Origin: Torpedo marmorata
Taxonomy: Eukaryota
Length of the DNA stretch: 64,000 nucleotides
Direction: 5' to 3'
Assembly: GCA_977017645.1 (NCBI GenBank)
Contig: OZ360247.1
Location: forward strand, 16,864,001-16,928,000
The position numbers and the translations under genes are program-made. Position 1 is the stretch's first letter; every line of letters begins with the position of its first letter. This document shows, piece by piece, positions 62,501 through 64,000 of the stretch. The notes under the pieces were generated by a model. The model searched no databases and had not been told where the DNA came from. It saw only the letters and a list, made by a program, of their open reading frames with translations.

Positions 62501-64000
62501 CTTCCTGTGATTGGTTTAGGCCATTTTCCAGATCTGCAATTGGATTGGCCGCCCATTGCAGTTCCGGGAAGGACTGGCTACAGAGCCTCCAGTCTTGGCC
62601 ATCAGGCCCTGGGAGAGGAGCCATTTCCAGAGGCAGGTTGTCCATCAGGACCCAGGACCCAGTTGAGGGCTTGTCTTGTTGGTGGGACCGAGGGGGCGTG
62701 GCAGTGAATCCACTCACTGAGCTGCGCCCCCACCACACCCAACCATCGGACGTACGTTCCACAGTGTCGTGAGCTCATCGACGCCTCCGTGTGAGATCCT
62801 AACCAACTCCAAGATAAGCTTTCAAGAAAGGGAGGAAGCTCAAGGACCCAGGTTTAGAGAGGGATCTCCAGAGCTCAGGGCCCAGGCAGCTGCAGGCATA
62901 GCTTCCATGGCAGAGCAATGAGAATTGGGCATGGCAGAGGTTAGAATCCTACAGTCGTGGAGATTTGCAGGATCAGCAGAGGGGAGAGGGATCAGAAATT
63001 GAAGATGAAGGTTTGAAAACAACCCTAACGCAATATGCAAGGATTGTTTAGACAGGCCCTTTGGCTGCTGGGAGAGTGCCCAGCAATTGGCTGCTTCGAA
63101 TCGAGGTGCAGTGGGATCCAAACTGTGCTGCGATGTATTCAAGCTAATCTGCATCAGGGAAAGTTAAAGGAGGACTCAGGAATGGCACGGACTCTCAAAA
63201 GCTGCCTCCTGCACCCCCACTCCCTACATAAACATGTGATCAAATGTCAAGCCTTTTTATTTTCACCTTAAAAATATTGTTTTTTTTTCAAACCACAAGT
63301 CTTGCTTTCATTAATGACTTTTGGTGGAGAGTGTTTTGCTGTATTCCATAGTGGAACAATAAAATGTCACAGGTAATAAAGTTTCCAATTTTCCCATCAG
63401 AAGTACATAAAATCTTAAAATTAAAAAAGTGAATACAAATTGACATTTATGCCTCAATGCTCAAAGCAACATCAGGTGTCTTTATAGACTGAGAAACTTA
63501 ATGGATTGCTAAATCAGAAATGTTTGTTGTAATTTGCATTCCTATGGGTACCATAACAACACTGAAAGTACTATATTTGCATATTCACTCCTTTTTATCT
63601 GTGGCTCCTCATTGCCAGTAATTAGCTGGCATTTGCTGGCAATTCTTTTCTGATCTGCCTGATAATAAATTTTTACGCACAGCTAGTCAACCAATGCAAA
63701 TTTGGAAATGCGCCTTTTAGCAAGGGATGTGCTGCTGCTAACTTGCCCTGGGGTTGGACGCCAGTGTGTCATGCGTTTACTCCGAACCACAAAGCCGCCC
63801 AGATCGATTAGAGACCGCGTTCCAAGCTCGAGGCAGGTACTAGTGCCGGGGTCAAGTTTCCGCTCTGGGTTGGAATCGGCGATCTTGACCATGAATTGTG
63901 TCGGATTACCGATTCAGCTATCTGCCCGATTACAAATATAAAAGTGCCCACCAACAGTACAATCGGGAAGTGAAAGGGAGCTCAAAGAAAAACTTCATCC

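Overview
Repeat-rich vertebrate genomic DNA. The repeat content (HE1/V-SINE-like and Deu-SINE-like elements, CR1, Rex1/Babar, Tx1 and Penelope remnants) points to a cartilaginous fish, probably a ray or skate; the species cannot be determined from the sequence. The only host gene is a + strand SKAP-family adaptor, most like SKAP1. Five internal GT-AG exons (31478-31561, 42684-42767, 43148-43266, 49120-49183, 56335-56553) splice in frame to encode the PH domain and the acidic tyrosine-motif linker; the first and last exons lie outside the window. The rest appears intronic: decayed non-LTR retrotransposons, DNA-transposon MITEs, several minisatellites and AT-rich homeobox-motif blocks that may be conserved enhancers. 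Most ORFs in the track are repeat artefacts. Main leads: (1) short fold-back Penelope-derived insertions with 11-14 bp TSDs, in a repeat family carrying minimal hammerhead-ribozyme-like cores with covarying stems; (2) two internally deleted Tx1-clade elements inserted in the same orientation next to the same CAGTACTGCCCC motif, suggesting a target-specific family; (3) a SKAP protein mixing SKAP1 and SKAP2 features. Family names come from motif recognition, not database searches.
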